Shown here piece by piece: positions 11,046-21,347 of a stretch of 64,000 nt of DNA (position 1 is the first letter of the stretch; each line of letters opens with the position of its first letter). This DNA is from Alphaproteobacteria bacterium. Lineage in GTDB: Bacteria > Pseudomonadota > Alphaproteobacteria > Bin95. Location: the NCBI GenBank assembly GCA_964291285.2, contig OZ219787.1:1248001-1312000 (forward strand), in the 5' to 3' direction. The notes under the pieces are model-generated. The model was not told the origin of the DNA. It saw nothing but the letters and a program-made list of their open reading frames with translations, and ran no database searches. The translations under genes were made by a program, and so were the position numbers.

Positions 11046-11803
11046 CTTGCGCTGTCCTCGATCACCTCGCCGCCGAGTTCCTCGACGAAAGCGTAGATCT
11101 CGGTTGCCGCCGCATCGATGCGCGCGCGGTCCGCCCCGCGCACGACCAGCGCGACACCGGTGCCCTTGTCCGTGTTGTAGAAGGGGTAGGAGCCGAGATC
11201 GAGCTCCGGGAAGCGCTGCTGCACCGCGCCCAGCCCCTTCGCCAGCACGCCCTCCACCAGACGGGTCGAGAGCGACCGGGAATGGATCACCGTGCCGCGC
11301 CGGAGCGAGGGTTTGGCGGCCTCGAACATGGACTGCATGATCTGCGGTACCCCGGCGAAGACGAACACGTTCTCCATGCGGAAACCGGGCGCGATGGACA
11401 CGGCGTTGTCCACGAGTTCCGCGCCGACCGGCGTGATCGTCATGCGCTTGCGCGCCTCGGTGAATTCCTGCCCGCGACGGTCGTACCATTCGGCCATCCG
11501 GCGGTAGCTCTCCGGGTGGTAGTGCCATTCCGTCCCGAAGGCGGCGGCGACGGACTCCGGCGTGATGTCATCATGGGTCGGCCCGATGCCGCCGGTGGTG
11601 AACACATAGTCGTAGCGCGCCCTGAGCGCGTTGACGGCTTCGACGATCTCCTCGCGGATATCGGCCACGATGCGTACTTCGCTGAGCTGGATGCCGATCT
11701 CGTTGAGGCCGTTGCCGAGAAAGGCGATGTTCCTGTCCTGGGTGCGGCCCGAGAGGATCTCGTTGCCGATGACGCAGAGCGCGGCGGTAACCGTGGAAGC
11801 CAT
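11042..11803 (-). CDS. CinA-like molybdopterin-binding protein
   Basis: IGNEILSG, TTGGIGPTHDDIT. Confidence 0.9.
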   Translation of the reverse strand: MASTVTAALCVIGNEILSGRTQDRNIAFLGNGLNEIGIQLSEVRIVADIREEIVEAVNALRARYDYVFTTGGIGPTHDDITPESVAAAFGTEWHYHPESYRRMAEWYDRRGQEFTEARKRMTITPVGAELVDNAVSIAPGFRMENVFVFAGVPQIMQSMFEAAKPSLRRGTVIHSRSLSTRLVEGVLAKGLGAVQQRFPELDLGSYPFYNTDKGTGVALVVRGADRARIDAAATEIYAFVEELGGEVIEDSAS

Positions 11804-11936
11804 GGAGGTTGTCCTCGGGCGGCGGGCGGGCGGAGGATAGCCCCGCCGGGCGCGCTCTTGAAGACAGCGCGGTTGGCGGGGCGAAATGCTATGCTGGGGG
11901 CTGAGTCCTGTCCGTCAGCACCTGTCCGGAGCCTCG

Positions 11937-12755
11937 ATGCAGCTCAAGCGCCAACAGACCCGCCGCCGGGAAGACGAGATCGCGATCCACACGGAAGCCG
12001 ACCTTGCGGCCATGCGCAAGGCCGGGCGGCTTGCGGCGGAGGTGCTGGACCATGTGACGCCGCATGTCGCGCCGGGCGCGACGACGGAGGAGCTCAACAC
12101 CATCTGCCACGACTTCATCCTTGCGCATGGGGCCGTGCCGGCGCCGCTCAACTACAGGGGCTTCCCGAAGTCGATCTGCACGTCGATCAACCATGTCGTC
12201 TGCCACGGCATTCCGGGGCCGCGCCGGCTGCGCGACGGCGACATCATGAATATCGACGTCACCGTCATACTCGACGGCTGGTACGGCGATACCAGCCGCA
12301 TGTTCCTGGTCGGCGAGCGGGTGGGCGTGAAGGCGCGCCGGCTCGTCTCGGCCACGCATGAGGCCTTGATGCGCGGTATCGATACGGTCCGTCCGGGCGC
12401 GTATCTCGGCGATATCGGCCACGCCGTCCAGGCTTATGTCGAGCCGATGGGCTTTTCCGTGGTGCGGGATTTCTGCGGCCACGGCCTCGGGCGCGAGTTC
12501 CACCAGCCGCCGAGCGTGCTGCATTACGGCCGGCCGGGGGACGGCCCGATGCTGCGGGAAGGCATGTTTTTCACCATCGAACCGATGATCAATGCCGGCC
12601 GGTTCCATGTGAAGATTCTCGCGGACAACTGGACGGCCGTCACCAAGGACAAGTCGCTCTCGGCCCAGTTCGAACACACGGTCGCCGTGGTGCCGGACGG
12701 GGTGGAGGTGCTGACCTATTCGCCGAAGGGATGGGACAAGCCGCCTTATGCGTGA
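11937..12755 (+). CDS. map: methionine aminopeptidase type I
   Basis: CHGIP, NIDVT, GHGLG, FTIEPM, QFEHT. Confidence 0.96.
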   Translation: MQLKRQQTRRREDEIAIHTEADLAAMRKAGRLAAEVLDHVTPHVAPGATTEELNTICHDFILAHGAVPAPLNYRGFPKSICTSINHVVCHGIPGPRRLRDGDIMNIDVTVILDGWYGDTSRMFLVGERVGVKARRLVSATHEALMRGIDTVRPGAYLGDIGHAVQAYVEPMGFSVVRDFCGHGLGREFHQPPSVLHYGRPGDGPMLREGMFFTIEPMINAGRFHVKILADNWTAVTKDKSLSAQFEHTVAVVPDGVEVLTYSPKGWDKPPYA

Positions 12756-13551
12756 CGGGCCTGCGAACGGGGGCGACGGCAAGGTCGTGCCGCTTTTCAG
12801 TACGACTGCGCCCGCCGCGCCGGAGCAGGCCCGCGCGGACGACTCCGCGGTTCCGGGCCGCGATGAGCGAATCAGGAAACAGCGGCAGGGGCACAGGGAA
12901 CGACTTCGCCGGCATTTCCTGAAAAACCTGAACAACGAAGGCAGCATGAAGGACTACGAGTTGCTGGAATTGCTGCTGTTCGGCGCCTATTCCCGGCGGG
13001 ATGTGCAACAGATCGCCAGAGACCTGATCGAGACCTTCGGTTCGCTGAGCGGCGTGCTTGCCGCAGAGCCGGCGGCGCTGCTCAAGGTGAAGGATGTGGG
13101 CGAGGCGGCCGTCTCGATCATCAAGGTCGCCGAGGCGCTCGGCGTCGAACTGGCCCGCAAGGGCGCCGTCAGCGGCGAACTCCTGAACAATTACGACGCC
13201 GTGATCGCCTATTGCCGTGCCCGGATGGGCCGGCGGCCGGTGGAGGAGTTCCGCATCCTGTTCATGGACAACAGGAACCGCCTGCTGCGCGACGAACGCC
13301 AGACCACCGGCACGATCAACCACACCCCCGCCTACCCGCGCGAGGTGTGCAAGCGGGCGCTCGAAGTCGGGGCGTCCGCCGTCATCCTGGTCCACAACCA
13401 TCCGAGCGGCGACCCGACGCCGTCCGGGGCGGATATCGAGATCACCCGGCGCATCGAGGCGGCCGCGAAGCTGCTCGGCATCGCCGTCCACGACCACCTG
13501 ATCGTCACGCGCGGCGAGACGCTGAGCTTCAAGGCGAAGGGGCTGCTCTGA
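12748..13551 (+). CDS. radC: RadC/JAB domain protein
   Basis: GHRERLR, DYELLE, HNHPSGDPTPSGAD. Confidence 0.93.
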   Translation: MRDGPANGGDGKVVPLFSTTAPAAPEQARADDSAVPGRDERIRKQRQGHRERLRRHFLKNLNNEGSMKDYELLELLLFGAYSRRDVQQIARDLIETFGSLSGVLAAEPAALLKVKDVGEAAVSIIKVAEALGVELARKGAVSGELLNNYDAVIAYCRARMGRRPVEEFRILFMDNRNRLLRDERQTTGTINHTPAYPREVCKRALEVGASAVILVHNHPSGDPTPSGADIEITRRIEAAAKLLGIAVHDHLIVTRGETLSFKAKGLL

Positions 13552-13559
13552 GGGGCGCT

Positions 13560-14315
13560 TCAGCCGAGGAGGAACCGCCCGGCGAGCACCGCCCCCAGCA
13601 CGATCAGCAGCGCGAGCACGGCCTTGCGGAAGGTCTCGGCCGGAAGGCGGCGGCGCAGCGCCTCGCCGAGCTTCACCCCTGCCCAGACCGGCAGCAGGCC
13701 CAGCACCGAGACCATGGCCGCCGGGCCGGTCAGCAGCCCCGCTTCCGACAGCCCCACCGCCATGGCGAGGCTGGAGAAGGTGAACACGCAGTTGATGGCC
13801 TGCACGAAGCGGTTCGGGTCCAGTTGCAGAGCCAGCAGGTAGGGCAGCAGCGGCATCACCTGCGAGCCGGTGAGGCCGTTCACCGTGCCGTTGATGAACC
13901 CGACGGGCCATTGCAGCGGACGTTCCAGACGGGACGGCAGCATGAGCGCCGGGCGCGCCAGCGCGAAGATGGCATAGCCCGTAAGCACCGCCCCGAGCGC
14001 GGCCCCGGCGGCCAGCGGATCGACCCAGACCAGAAGCATGACGCCGAGCGCAACGCCCGGCAGCACCGCCAGGCATAGCGGCCAGAACCGCCGCACCGTC
14101 TCGCGGAAATGGCCCGCCCCGCGCATGACCAGAAGATTGCTTGCAATCGACGGCGCGAGCACCAGCGGCAGCGCCTCGCGTATGCCGATGGACAGCGCAA
14201 GCAGCGGCAGCGCGCAGGTCGAGAAGCCGAGCCCGGTGGCTCCCTTGACAAAGGCGGCGAGCAGGAAAGCGGCGGCGACGGCGGCGAGCGTTTCCGGCGC
14301 CGTCGGATCAATCAT
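13560..14315 (-). CDS. TauE/SafE family membrane protein
   Basis: VKGATGLGF motif, multi-TM. Confidence 0.8.
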   Translation of the reverse strand: MIDPTAPETLAAVAAAFLLAAFVKGATGLGFSTCALPLLALSIGIREALPLVLAPSIASNLLVMRGAGHFRETVRRFWPLCLAVLPGVALGVMLLVWVDPLAAGAALGAVLTGYAIFALARPALMLPSRLERPLQWPVGFINGTVNGLTGSQVMPLLPYLLALQLDPNRFVQAINCVFTFSSLAMAVGLSEAGLLTGPAAMVSVLGLLPVWAGVKLGEALRRRLPAETFRKAVLALLIVLGAVLAGRFLLG

Positions 14316-15198
14316 GCGTGTAGCCCTGCCGCGCAACCGGGACGGGCTCCCCCGGCGCGTCGAGGACGGTTACGCCCTCGCCCGCGACGATGCGCCCGAC
14401 AGGGATGGCTGCGCTCTCCCGCGCGGTGAAGACCAGTTCGTAGTCGTCGCCGCCGGTCAGCGCCTCCAGCCGGGCGCCGGCCCCGAGCGCGGCCACCTCC
14501 GGTGAGAGCGGCACGGCCTCGAGCTCGATGACGGCGCCGACGCCGGAGGCCCGGCAGATATGGCCGAGATCGGCAATGAGCCCGTCGGAGATATCGGCCG
14601 CTGCCGTGGCGCCCTCGGCCGCGCCGAAACGCGGCGTGGGCAGCCAGTAGCGTTCCGCTAGGCGCGGCGCGTCGAGTTCGCCGCGGACGGCCTTCAGCCC
14701 GAAACAGCCGTCGCCGACGGGCCCGGTGACGAACACGCGGTCGCCGGGCCTCGCGCCGGAGCGGCGAACCGGGGCGGCCGCCGAGCCGAAGGCGGTCACG
14801 GTAAGCGTGAGCGCGCCCGGCGTCGCCACCGTGTCGCCGCCGAGCAGCGAAAGGCCGAACTCCTTCTGGTCCGCGGCCAGGCCGGCCGCGAAGCCTTCCA
14901 GCCACGGGTCGTCGATCCGCCCGGGCAGGGCAAGGTTGAGCAGGTATCCTTCCGGCCGGGCGGCCATGGCGGCGAGGTCGGAGAGGTTGCTTCGCAAGAG
15001 CCGCCGGGCGATCAGGCCGGGCGGCCCGTCGCCCGGGAAATGCACGCCCTCCACCATGCTGTCCGTGGTGACGACCAGCTGCCGGCCCTCGGGCGCGTCG
15101 ATGAGCGCGGCGTCGTCTTCGAGGCCGCCCGCTCCGGCGGCGGTCGCGAGCGGCGCCAGGAAGCGGCGGATCAGCTCGAATTCGCCCGACCGGCTCAT
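14308..15198 (-). CDS. thiL: thiamine-monophosphate kinase
   Basis: DDAA, VEGVHF, NLSDLAAM, GGDT, DISDGL, GGDDYEL. Confidence 0.95.
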   Translation of the reverse strand: MSRSGEFELIRRFLAPLATAAGAGGLEDDAALIDAPEGRQLVVTTDSMVEGVHFPGDGPPGLIARRLLRSNLSDLAAMAARPEGYLLNLALPGRIDDPWLEGFAAGLAADQKEFGLSLLGGDTVATPGALTLTVTAFGSAAAPVRRSGARPGDRVFVTGPVGDGCFGLKAVRGELDAPRLAERYWLPTPRFGAAEGATAAADISDGLIADLGHICRASGVGAVIELEAVPLSPEVAALGAGARLEALTGGDDYELVFTARESAAIPVGRIVAGEGVTVLDAPGEPVPVARQGYTHD

Positions 15199-15710
15199 GC
15201 CGCCGGGCCGTCGAGCTCGCCGGGCCGTGCGCTATGGGCGATCCGGTCGAACACGGCGGTCGCGAAGCGGGCCTGCGGCTCGTCGAAGAAATCGCCCACA
15301 AGGTCCGTGTATTCGCGGATCGCGACGCGGGGCGGCACGTCCGGTCGGTAGAGCAGCTCGGCCGCCCCCAGCCTGAGTGCGGCGCGGAGCACCGGCTCCA
15401 GCCGCCCGAGCCCGTCGGGTTTGTCGAGCGCTGCCGATACCGCGCTGTCGATGTCGCGCCGGTGGTCCGCCACCGCCCGCAGCAGGCGGTCGAAGAAACG
15501 GCGGTCGGCGTCCATCCTGATGCCTTCGAGGTTCCTGCCGAGGCGGTAGCGCCGGAACTGGTCCGACACCGCTTCTGCCGACTCGCGGTTCATCTCCGCC
15601 TGGTAGAGCGCCTGGAGGGCGGCGAGACGTGCAAGCCGCCGCCGGCTCGGAGGCGCCTCCCCGGCGTCTTCGGCCTCCCGGGGCCCGGACTCGCGCTCGG
15701 CCGGCGTCAA
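15195..15710 (-). CDS. nusB: transcription antitermination factor NusB
   Basis: RRLARLAALQALYQ; position between ribH and thiL; start approximate (TTG). Confidence 0.9.
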   Translation of the reverse strand: MTPAERESGPREAEDAGEAPPSRRRLARLAALQALYQAEMNRESAEAVSDQFRRYRLGRNLEGIRMDADRRFFDRLLRAVADHRRDIDSAVSAALDKPDGLGRLEPVLRAALRLGAAELLYRPDVPPRVAIREYTDLVGDFFDEPQARFATAVFDRIAHSARPGELDGPAA

Positions 15711-16141
15711 TCCGCCCGCCCGAGCGCCTGCTTCAGCACGATGGTCTTGAGGCAGGCATGGGCCGCCTCGGCGCCCTTGTTCTTGCCGGAGACGCTGGCG
15801 CGGACGCGCGCCTGGTCGCCGTTCTCGCAGGTGAGCAGGCCGAATCCCAGCGCCAGCTTGCGCTCGACGGCGAGGGTCTGGAGCGCCCGGCTCACCTCCG
15901 TGCAGAGATGGTCGTAGTGGCTCGTCTCGCCGCGAATGACGCAGCCGATGGCGATGAAGCCGTCGAACCGCTTCGGCGAGTCGAGCGCAATCGAGATCGC
16001 GACCGGCAGCTCGAACGCGCCGGCGACGTTGTAACGGTCCCAGCTGTGGCCGGCCTCCTCGATGACGGCCCCGGCCCCGGCAATCATCTCGTCGCAGATG
16101 TCCTCGTAATAGGGTGCGACCACCATCATGATGTGGGCCAC
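15707..16141 (-). CDS. ribH: lumazine synthase
   Basis: GAFELP, GCVIRGETSHYD, NKGAEAA. Confidence 0.95.
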   Translation of the reverse strand: MAHIMMVVAPYYEDICDEMIAGAGAVIEEAGHSWDRYNVAGAFELPVAISIALDSPKRFDGFIAIGCVIRGETSHYDHLCTEVSRALQTLAVERKLALGFGLLTCENGDQARVRASVSGKNKGAEAAHACLKTIVLKQALGRAD

Positions 16142-17310
16142 AGGCTCTCCTCCTTCGGGATCGGGCGCCGGCCGGCAATGTGCAGGTCGTAGCCGTCGAG
16201 GCCGACGACATGCCGGTCGCTGTCTGACAGCAGCACCATGTTGACGACGCCGAGGTCGCGCAGGATCTGCGCCCCGACGCCGTAGTCGCGCAGCGGCGGC
16301 CGGCCGCGCGTTTCACGGCTGTCGATCTCGGCCTTGATCCGCGCCGAGAGCAGCGCCGTGTGGCGCTCGCGAAGCAGCATCACCACGCCCCGGCCCTCCT
16401 GGCCGATGGCCATCATGGAACGCTGCAACTCGCCGCCGCGCCCCCGGTGCTGGTCGCCCAGCACGTCTTCGAGGATGTTGAAGGCATGCGCGCGGACGAG
16501 CACCGGCTCATCGCCCGAAAGCTCGCCCTTCACCAGCACCTGGTGCTCGACGCCGTCGATCTTGTTGCGGTAGATGATGAGCCTGAAATGCCCGCCATAG
16601 CGGCTTTCGAACTCCGACTGGATGACCTGCTCGACCAGGATGTCCTGCCGCCGGCGCCAGGCGATCAGGTCCTCGATGGCGCCGATCTTGAGGTTGTGGA
16701 ACTGGGCGAAGGGAACGAGATCCGGCAGCCGCGCCATGGTGCCGTCATCGTTCATGATCTCGCAGATCACGCCGGCCGGGTTGAGCCCGGCGAGGCGCGC
16801 GATATCGACGGCGGCCTCGGTGTGGCCGGCGCGCACCAGCACGCCGCCTTCGCGCGCTTCCAACGGGAAGACGTGGCCCGGCGTGGAGAGGTCGCTGCCG
16901 CTTTTTTCCGGGTCGATGGCGACCGCGATGGTGCGCGCCCGGTCCGGGGCGGAAATGCCGGTGGTCACCCCCTCCTTGGCCTCGATGGACACGGTGAAGG
17001 CGGTGGACTGGCGCTGCTCGTTCTCGCGCGGCATCAGCGGCAGGCGGAGTTCCTTCACCCGCGCCGGGGTGAGGGCGAGGCAAATAAGCCCGCGCCCGTA
17101 TTTCGCCATGAAGTTGATCGCGTCCGGCGTCGCCATCTGCGCCGGGATCACCAGGTCGCCCTCGTTCTCGCGGTCCTCGTCATCGACGAGGATGAACATG
17201 CGCCCGTTGCGGGCTTCCTCGATGATCTCCTCGATGGACGAGAGATAACCGAGGTCGTCCGTCGTGCGCGGCGCGGACGCCCGCATGAGCCCGTCGAGAT
17301 TACTTGCCAC
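16126..17310 (-). CDS. ribB: DHBP synthase fused to degenerate GTP cyclohydrolase II domain
   Basis: DDEDRENEGD, PGHVFPL, GHTEA; start approximate. Confidence 0.92.
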   Translation of the reverse strand: MASNLDGLMRASAPRTTDDLGYLSSIEEIIEEARNGRMFILVDDEDRENEGDLVIPAQMATPDAINFMAKYGRGLICLALTPARVKELRLPLMPRENEQRQSTAFTVSIEAKEGVTTGISAPDRARTIAVAIDPEKSGSDLSTPGHVFPLEAREGGVLVRAGHTEAAVDIARLAGLNPAGVICEIMNDDGTMARLPDLVPFAQFHNLKIGAIEDLIAWRRRQDILVEQVIQSEFESRYGGHFRLIIYRNKIDGVEHQVLVKGELSGDEPVLVRAHAFNILEDVLGDQHRGRGGELQRSMMAIGQEGRGVVMLLRERHTALLSARIKAEIDSRETRGRPPLRDYGVGAQILRDLGVVNMVLLSDSDRHVVGLDGYDLHIAGRRPIPKEESLWPTS

Positions 17311-17899
17311 GGCCCAGCTCCTCCAATTGGCGGGCAAGGTAGCGCGCCAGCATGTCGATTTCCATGTTGACCGCATCTCCGGGCTGAAGTTCGCCGAGCG
17401 TCGTGTGCGAAAGGGTGTGCGGGATGATGTTGACGCCGAAGCGCGCGCCGTCCACCTCGTTGACCGTGAGCGATACGCCGTCGAGCGCGACCGAGCCCTT
17501 GGAGGCGACGAACCGGGCGAGCGCTTCCGGGGCCTCGAAGGTGAAGCGCACGCTGTCCCCTTCCGGGCGGCGCGACACCGTTCCGGCGACGCCGTCCACA
17601 TGGCCCGAGACGATATGCCCGCCGAGCTCGTCGCCGACGCAAAGCGCGCGTTCGAGGTTGACCGGGGTTCCCTCGCGCCAGTCGCCGAGCGTGGTGCAGG
17701 CGAGCGTTTCGGCCGAGGCCTCGACCGCGAACGCGCCCGGCCGGACGGCAACGACCGTCAGGCACGCGCCGGAGCAGGAGATCGAGGCGCCGAGCGCGAT
17801 GCCCGAGGTGTCCCAGGCCGTCGCGATCTCGAACCGGGTGTCGCCTTGCCGCTCGACGGCCTCCACGCGCCCGATATCGGTGACTATTCCGGTGAACAT
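17300..17899 (-). CDS. ribE: riboflavin synthase
   Basis: MFTGIV N-terminus, GGHIVSGHVD. Confidence 0.96.
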   Translation of the reverse strand: MFTGIVTDIGRVEAVERQGDTRFEIATAWDTSGIALGASISCSGACLTVVAVRPGAFAVEASAETLACTTLGDWREGTPVNLERALCVGDELGGHIVSGHVDGVAGTVSRRPEGDSVRFTFEAPEALARFVASKGSVALDGVSLTVNEVDGARFGVNIIPHTLSHTTLGELQPGDAVNMEIDMLARYLARQLEELGRGK

Positions 17900-18996
17900 C
17901 GCCGCCAGACCTCCCAGGTGTCGCCGCCGGCCTCGCGCCGGGCATGAAGGCGGAAGCGCGGCGCGTCGCCGGGGTTCTCCGCGCCGAGCGCCGCCACGGC
18001 AGGCGCGCCGTCGCCGCCCATCACCGCGGGCGCGCGGAACCAGTGGATACGGTCCACCAGGTCCGCCTTCAGCAACGCCGCCGCCAGCATGCCGCCGCCC
18101 TCCACCAGCAGGCGGCTGAGACCTTCCTCGCCGAGCCGCCGGAGGCCGGCCGCGAGGTCCATCCGCCCGTCCTCGCCGGCCGGTACGCGGATCAGCCGGA
18201 CGCCGGCGTCCTCCAGCCGGCTTGCCCGGTCCCGGTCTGCGTCCTCCCGGCAGAGCACCCGGCAGGGCCGGCCGTCGGCGGCCAGATGGTGCGTCGGCGG
18301 CAGGCCGAGGCTGCCGTCCGCCACGATGCGCAGCGGCGACCGGTCCCGGAGCCCGTCCAGCCGGCAGTCGAGGCGCGGATTGTCCAGAAGCGCGGTGCGC
18401 GCGCCCACCATGACCGCGTCATGGCCGGCCCTCAGCCTGTGCGCGGCCGCGCGGGCCGCGGGGCCGGTGATCCAGCGGCTCTCGCCGCCCTGCGCCGCGA
18501 TCCGTCCGTCCAGGGTCGTCGCGGTCTTGAGCGCGACCAGCGGCCGGCTCGAGCCGACACGGGTGAGGAAGCCCTCATTGTCGAACCGCGCCTCCGCCTC
18601 GCCGAGCCCCGTTTCCACCGCAATGCCCGCCGCCTCCAGCCGCGCGAAGCCCCGCCCGGCCACGCGCGGGTCCGGGTCTCCGGTCGCGGCGACGACGCGG
18701 GCGATGCCGGCCTCGATGAGCGCGTCGGCGCAGGGCGGCGTCCGGCCGTGGTGGCTGCACGGCTCCAGCGTCACATAGCAGGCGGCGCCCCTGGCGGCCG
18801 CGCCCGCGCGCGCCAGCGCTTCGGCCTCGGCGTGGGGCCGTCCGCCCGGCTGCGTCCATCCCCGCCCGACGACGCGGCTGCCATGCGCCAGCACGCAGCC
18901 GACCGCGGGGTTGGGCCAGACCAGGCCGAGGCCCCGCCGGCCGAGCGCGAGCGCAGCGCCCATATGCGCCGCGTCCATGGCGCCTGCGTCAGTCAT
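17884..18996 (-). CDS. ribD: riboflavin deaminase/reductase
   Basis: [26 protein letters not shown]. Confidence 0.95.
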   Translation of the reverse strand: MTDAGAMDAAHMGAALALGRRGLGLVWPNPAVGCVLAHGSRVVGRGWTQPGGRPHAEAEALARAGAAARGAACYVTLEPCSHHGRTPPCADALIEAGIARVVAATGDPDPRVAGRGFARLEAAGIAVETGLGEAEARFDNEGFLTRVGSSRPLVALKTATTLDGRIAAQGGESRWITGPAARAAAHRLRAGHDAVMVGARTALLDNPRLDCRLDGLRDRSPLRIVADGSLGLPPTHHLAADGRPCRVLCREDADRDRASRLEDAGVRLIRVPAGEDGRMDLAAGLRRLGEEGLSRLLVEGGGMLAAALLKADLVDRIHWFRAPAVMGGDGAPAVAALGAENPGDAPRFRLHARREAGGDTWEVWRRCSPE

Positions 18997-19447
18997 CCTG
19001 TTCGGAGAGCTGCCCGACAAACTCCTCGAAATCCCTGGCTTCGCGGAAGTCCCGGTAAACGGAGGCGAAGCGGACATAGGCGACCTGGTCGAGGTCGGCG
19101 AGCATCTCCATCACCATTTCGCCGAGTTGGTCCGAAGGGAATTCGGTCTGCCCCGAGGCTTCGAGCTGGCGCACCAGGCTGGAGATCATGCGCTCCAGCC
19201 GGTCGTCGTCCACGGGCCGCTTGCGCAGCGCGATCGCAACCGAGCGTTTCAGCTTCTCGCGGTCGAAGGTCTCGCGCCTGCCGCTGGACTTGACGATGGT
19301 GAGATCGCGCAGCTGCACCCGCTCGAATGTGGTGAAGCGCGCATTGCAGGCCGGGCAGTGGCGGCGGCGGCGGATGACGGTGTTGTCCTCCGTCGGCCGG
19401 CTGTCCTTCACCTGCGTGTCTTCATGGGCGCAGAACGGGCAACGCAT
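18989..19447 (-). CDS. nrdR: transcriptional repressor NrdR
   Basis: [25 protein letters not shown]. Confidence 0.97.
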   Translation of the reverse strand: MRCPFCAHEDTQVKDSRPTEDNTVIRRRRHCPACNARFTTFERVQLRDLTIVKSSGRRETFDREKLKRSVAIALRKRPVDDDRLERMISSLVRQLEASGQTEFPSDQLGEMVMEMLADLDQVAYVRFASVYRDFREARDFEEFVGQLSEQDD

Positions 19448-19451
19448 CGCA

Positions 19452-20714
19452 CTACCTCCCCGGGGCCGCCCCGTAGATCGGGAAGCGCGCCAGCAGCGCC
19501 TCGACCCGCGCCGCCGCGCCCGCCTCCGCCGCCTCGCCGCCCTTCAGCACCTCCACGATGAGCCGCCCGACTTCCCGGAACGCCTCCTCGTCGAAGCCGC
19601 GCGTGGTCGCCGCCGGCGAGCCGAGGCGCAGCCCGGAGGTGACGGTCGGCTTCTCCGGGTCGAACGGGATGCCGTTCTTGTTGCAGGTGATGCGCGCGCG
19701 CTCCAGCGCCTTCTCCGCGACATCGCCGGTGAGGCCGAGCGGGCGCAGATCGACCAGCAGCAGGTGCGTGTCGGTGCCGCCCGACACGATTTCGAGCCCG
19801 CCTTCCCGCAGGCTTTCGGCGAGCGCGCGGGCATTGGCGACCACGGCCTCGGCATAGTCGCGGAACCCGGGTTGCAGCGCCTCGCCGAAGGCGACCGCCT
19901 TGGCGGCGATGGCGTGCATCAGCGGGCCGCCCTGGAGGCCGGGGAACACCGCCGAGTCGATCCGCCGGCCGAGGCTTTCGTCGTTGGTGAGGATCATGCC
20001 GCCGCGCGGGCCGCGCAGCGTCTTGTGCGTGGTGGTGGTGACGATGTCGGCCCAAGGCAGCGGGCTCGGATGCACGCCCGCCGCCACCAGCCCGGCGAAA
20101 TGCGCCATGTCGACCATGAACTTCGCGCCGCACGAGTCGGCGATCTCGCGGAAGGGCCGGAAGTCGATCTCGCGCGGATAGGCCGAGCCGCCGGCGATGA
20201 TGAGCGCCGGCCGGCGTTCCTCCGCCAACCGCGCGACCTCGTCGAAGTCGATCCGGCTGTCCTGGCGGCGCACGCCGTATTGCACGGCGTCGAACCATTT
20301 GCCGGAGAGGTTGGGCGCCGCGCCGTGCGTCAGGTGCCCGCCGGCGGCGAGCGACATGCCGAGCACCGTGTCGCCCGGCTTGCAGAGCGCCATGAAGGCC
20401 GCCTGGTTCGCCTGCGCGCCGGAATGCGGCTGGACATTGACATGCGCCGCGCCGAACAGCTGCTTCGCCCGCTCGATGGCGAGCCGCTCCGCCCGGTCCA
20501 CCCATTCGCAGCCGCCATAGTAGCGCCGCCCCGGATAGCCCTCGGCATATTTGTTGGTCAGCACCGAGCCCTGCGCCTCCAGCACGGCGCGCGAGACGAT
20601 GTTCTCCGACGCGATCAGCTCGATCTGGTCGCGCTGCCGGTCCAGCTCCCCGCCGATGGCGGCGGAGAGGTCCGGGTCGGCGTCGGCCAGCGGCGCGGTG
20701 AAGAAATCGGCCAT
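19452..20714 (-). CDS. glyA: serine hydroxymethyltransferase
   Basis: [27 protein letters not shown]. Confidence 0.97.
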   Translation of the reverse strand: MADFFTAPLADADPDLSAAIGGELDRQRDQIELIASENIVSRAVLEAQGSVLTNKYAEGYPGRRYYGGCEWVDRAERLAIERAKQLFGAAHVNVQPHSGAQANQAAFMALCKPGDTVLGMSLAAGGHLTHGAAPNLSGKWFDAVQYGVRRQDSRIDFDEVARLAEERRPALIIAGGSAYPREIDFRPFREIADSCGAKFMVDMAHFAGLVAAGVHPSPLPWADIVTTTTHKTLRGPRGGMILTNDESLGRRIDSAVFPGLQGGPLMHAIAAKAVAFGEALQPGFRDYAEAVVANARALAESLREGGLEIVSGGTDTHLLLVDLRPLGLTGDVAEKALERARITCNKNGIPFDPEKPTVTSGLRLGSPAATTRGFDEEAFREVGRLIVEVLKGGEAAEAGAAARVEALLARFPIYGAAPGR

Positions 20715-20845
20715 GCGCGAGGGGCTCCCGAGTGCAGCCCCAGCCCATAGCAAATCCCGCCCCCGCCCGCCATAGCGCGCGGCCCATGGTAGTGTCTCAC
20801 TTTGACTTTACTGGGCGATCACAAGCCAGATGGAGGTTCCCATGG

Positions 20846-21127
20846 CTACTGAATCGTCGGATCGTTACCGAACATCTCCTGATGCAGGAGGCTCCCTACG
20901 GCTGAAATCAGAAGTTTGCGCATCGTGCGGAGCCGTGCTTTTTCGTCCTCGGACAACGTTGAGGGAAGTGATGCTTCGGTCAGGCGTGACAGAAGATCTG
21001 CTGCGAGAGTTGCACAGCCACGGATTTGGGCGAGTTCTCGAAGAGCTTGCGCCAACTCGAAGATGAACGCGGTCTCGGCGGTGCCGTCGTAGGCCATCTC
21101 GACGATCTTCCGGGTGTCCTCATCCAC
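20846..21127 (-). CDS. hypothetical helical protein (IS cargo)
   Basis: 93 aa, GTG start with GGGAG upstream, overlaps previous stop. Confidence 0.55.
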   Translation of the reverse strand: MDEDTRKIVEMAYDGTAETAFIFELAQALRELAQIRGCATLAADLLSRLTEASLPSTLSEDEKARLRTMRKLLISAVGSLLHQEMFGNDPTIQ

Positions 21128-21347
21128 GGTAGGTCTCCCTCGTGTTCCGGTGCCGTCGGCAGCGCGGCTCGCCGTTCACCGTGTGGGTCGCCCTCGCACC
21201 GCAGGGCATCTCGCCATACGGGCCTGGGGCCGTGCAGCGCGGGCCGGGGTCCGGCCGCTGCTCCGGCCTCGGGGCATTGCGTCCAGCGACCATGCCCAGG
21301 AGGCCGAGCAGCACCGCGCCGCCCACGATGACGATGAGGGTTGTCAT
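21120..21347 (-). CDS. small N-terminal TM protein with C-C-C-H cluster (IS cargo)
   Basis: MTTLIVIVGGAVLLGLLGM...C..C..CRRH; ATGA overlap with transposase stop. Confidence 0.55.
   Translation of the reverse strand: MTTLIVIVGGAVLLGLLGMVAGRNAPRPEQRPDPGPRCTAPGPYGEMPCGARATHTVNGEPRCRRHRNTRETYRG

Noticed and set aside
20830-21066. Plus-strand 78-aa ORF with CxxC inside the IS
   Set aside because: Antisense to a coupled minus-strand ORF; it has a plausible RBS, so it is not excluded, but there is no other support.
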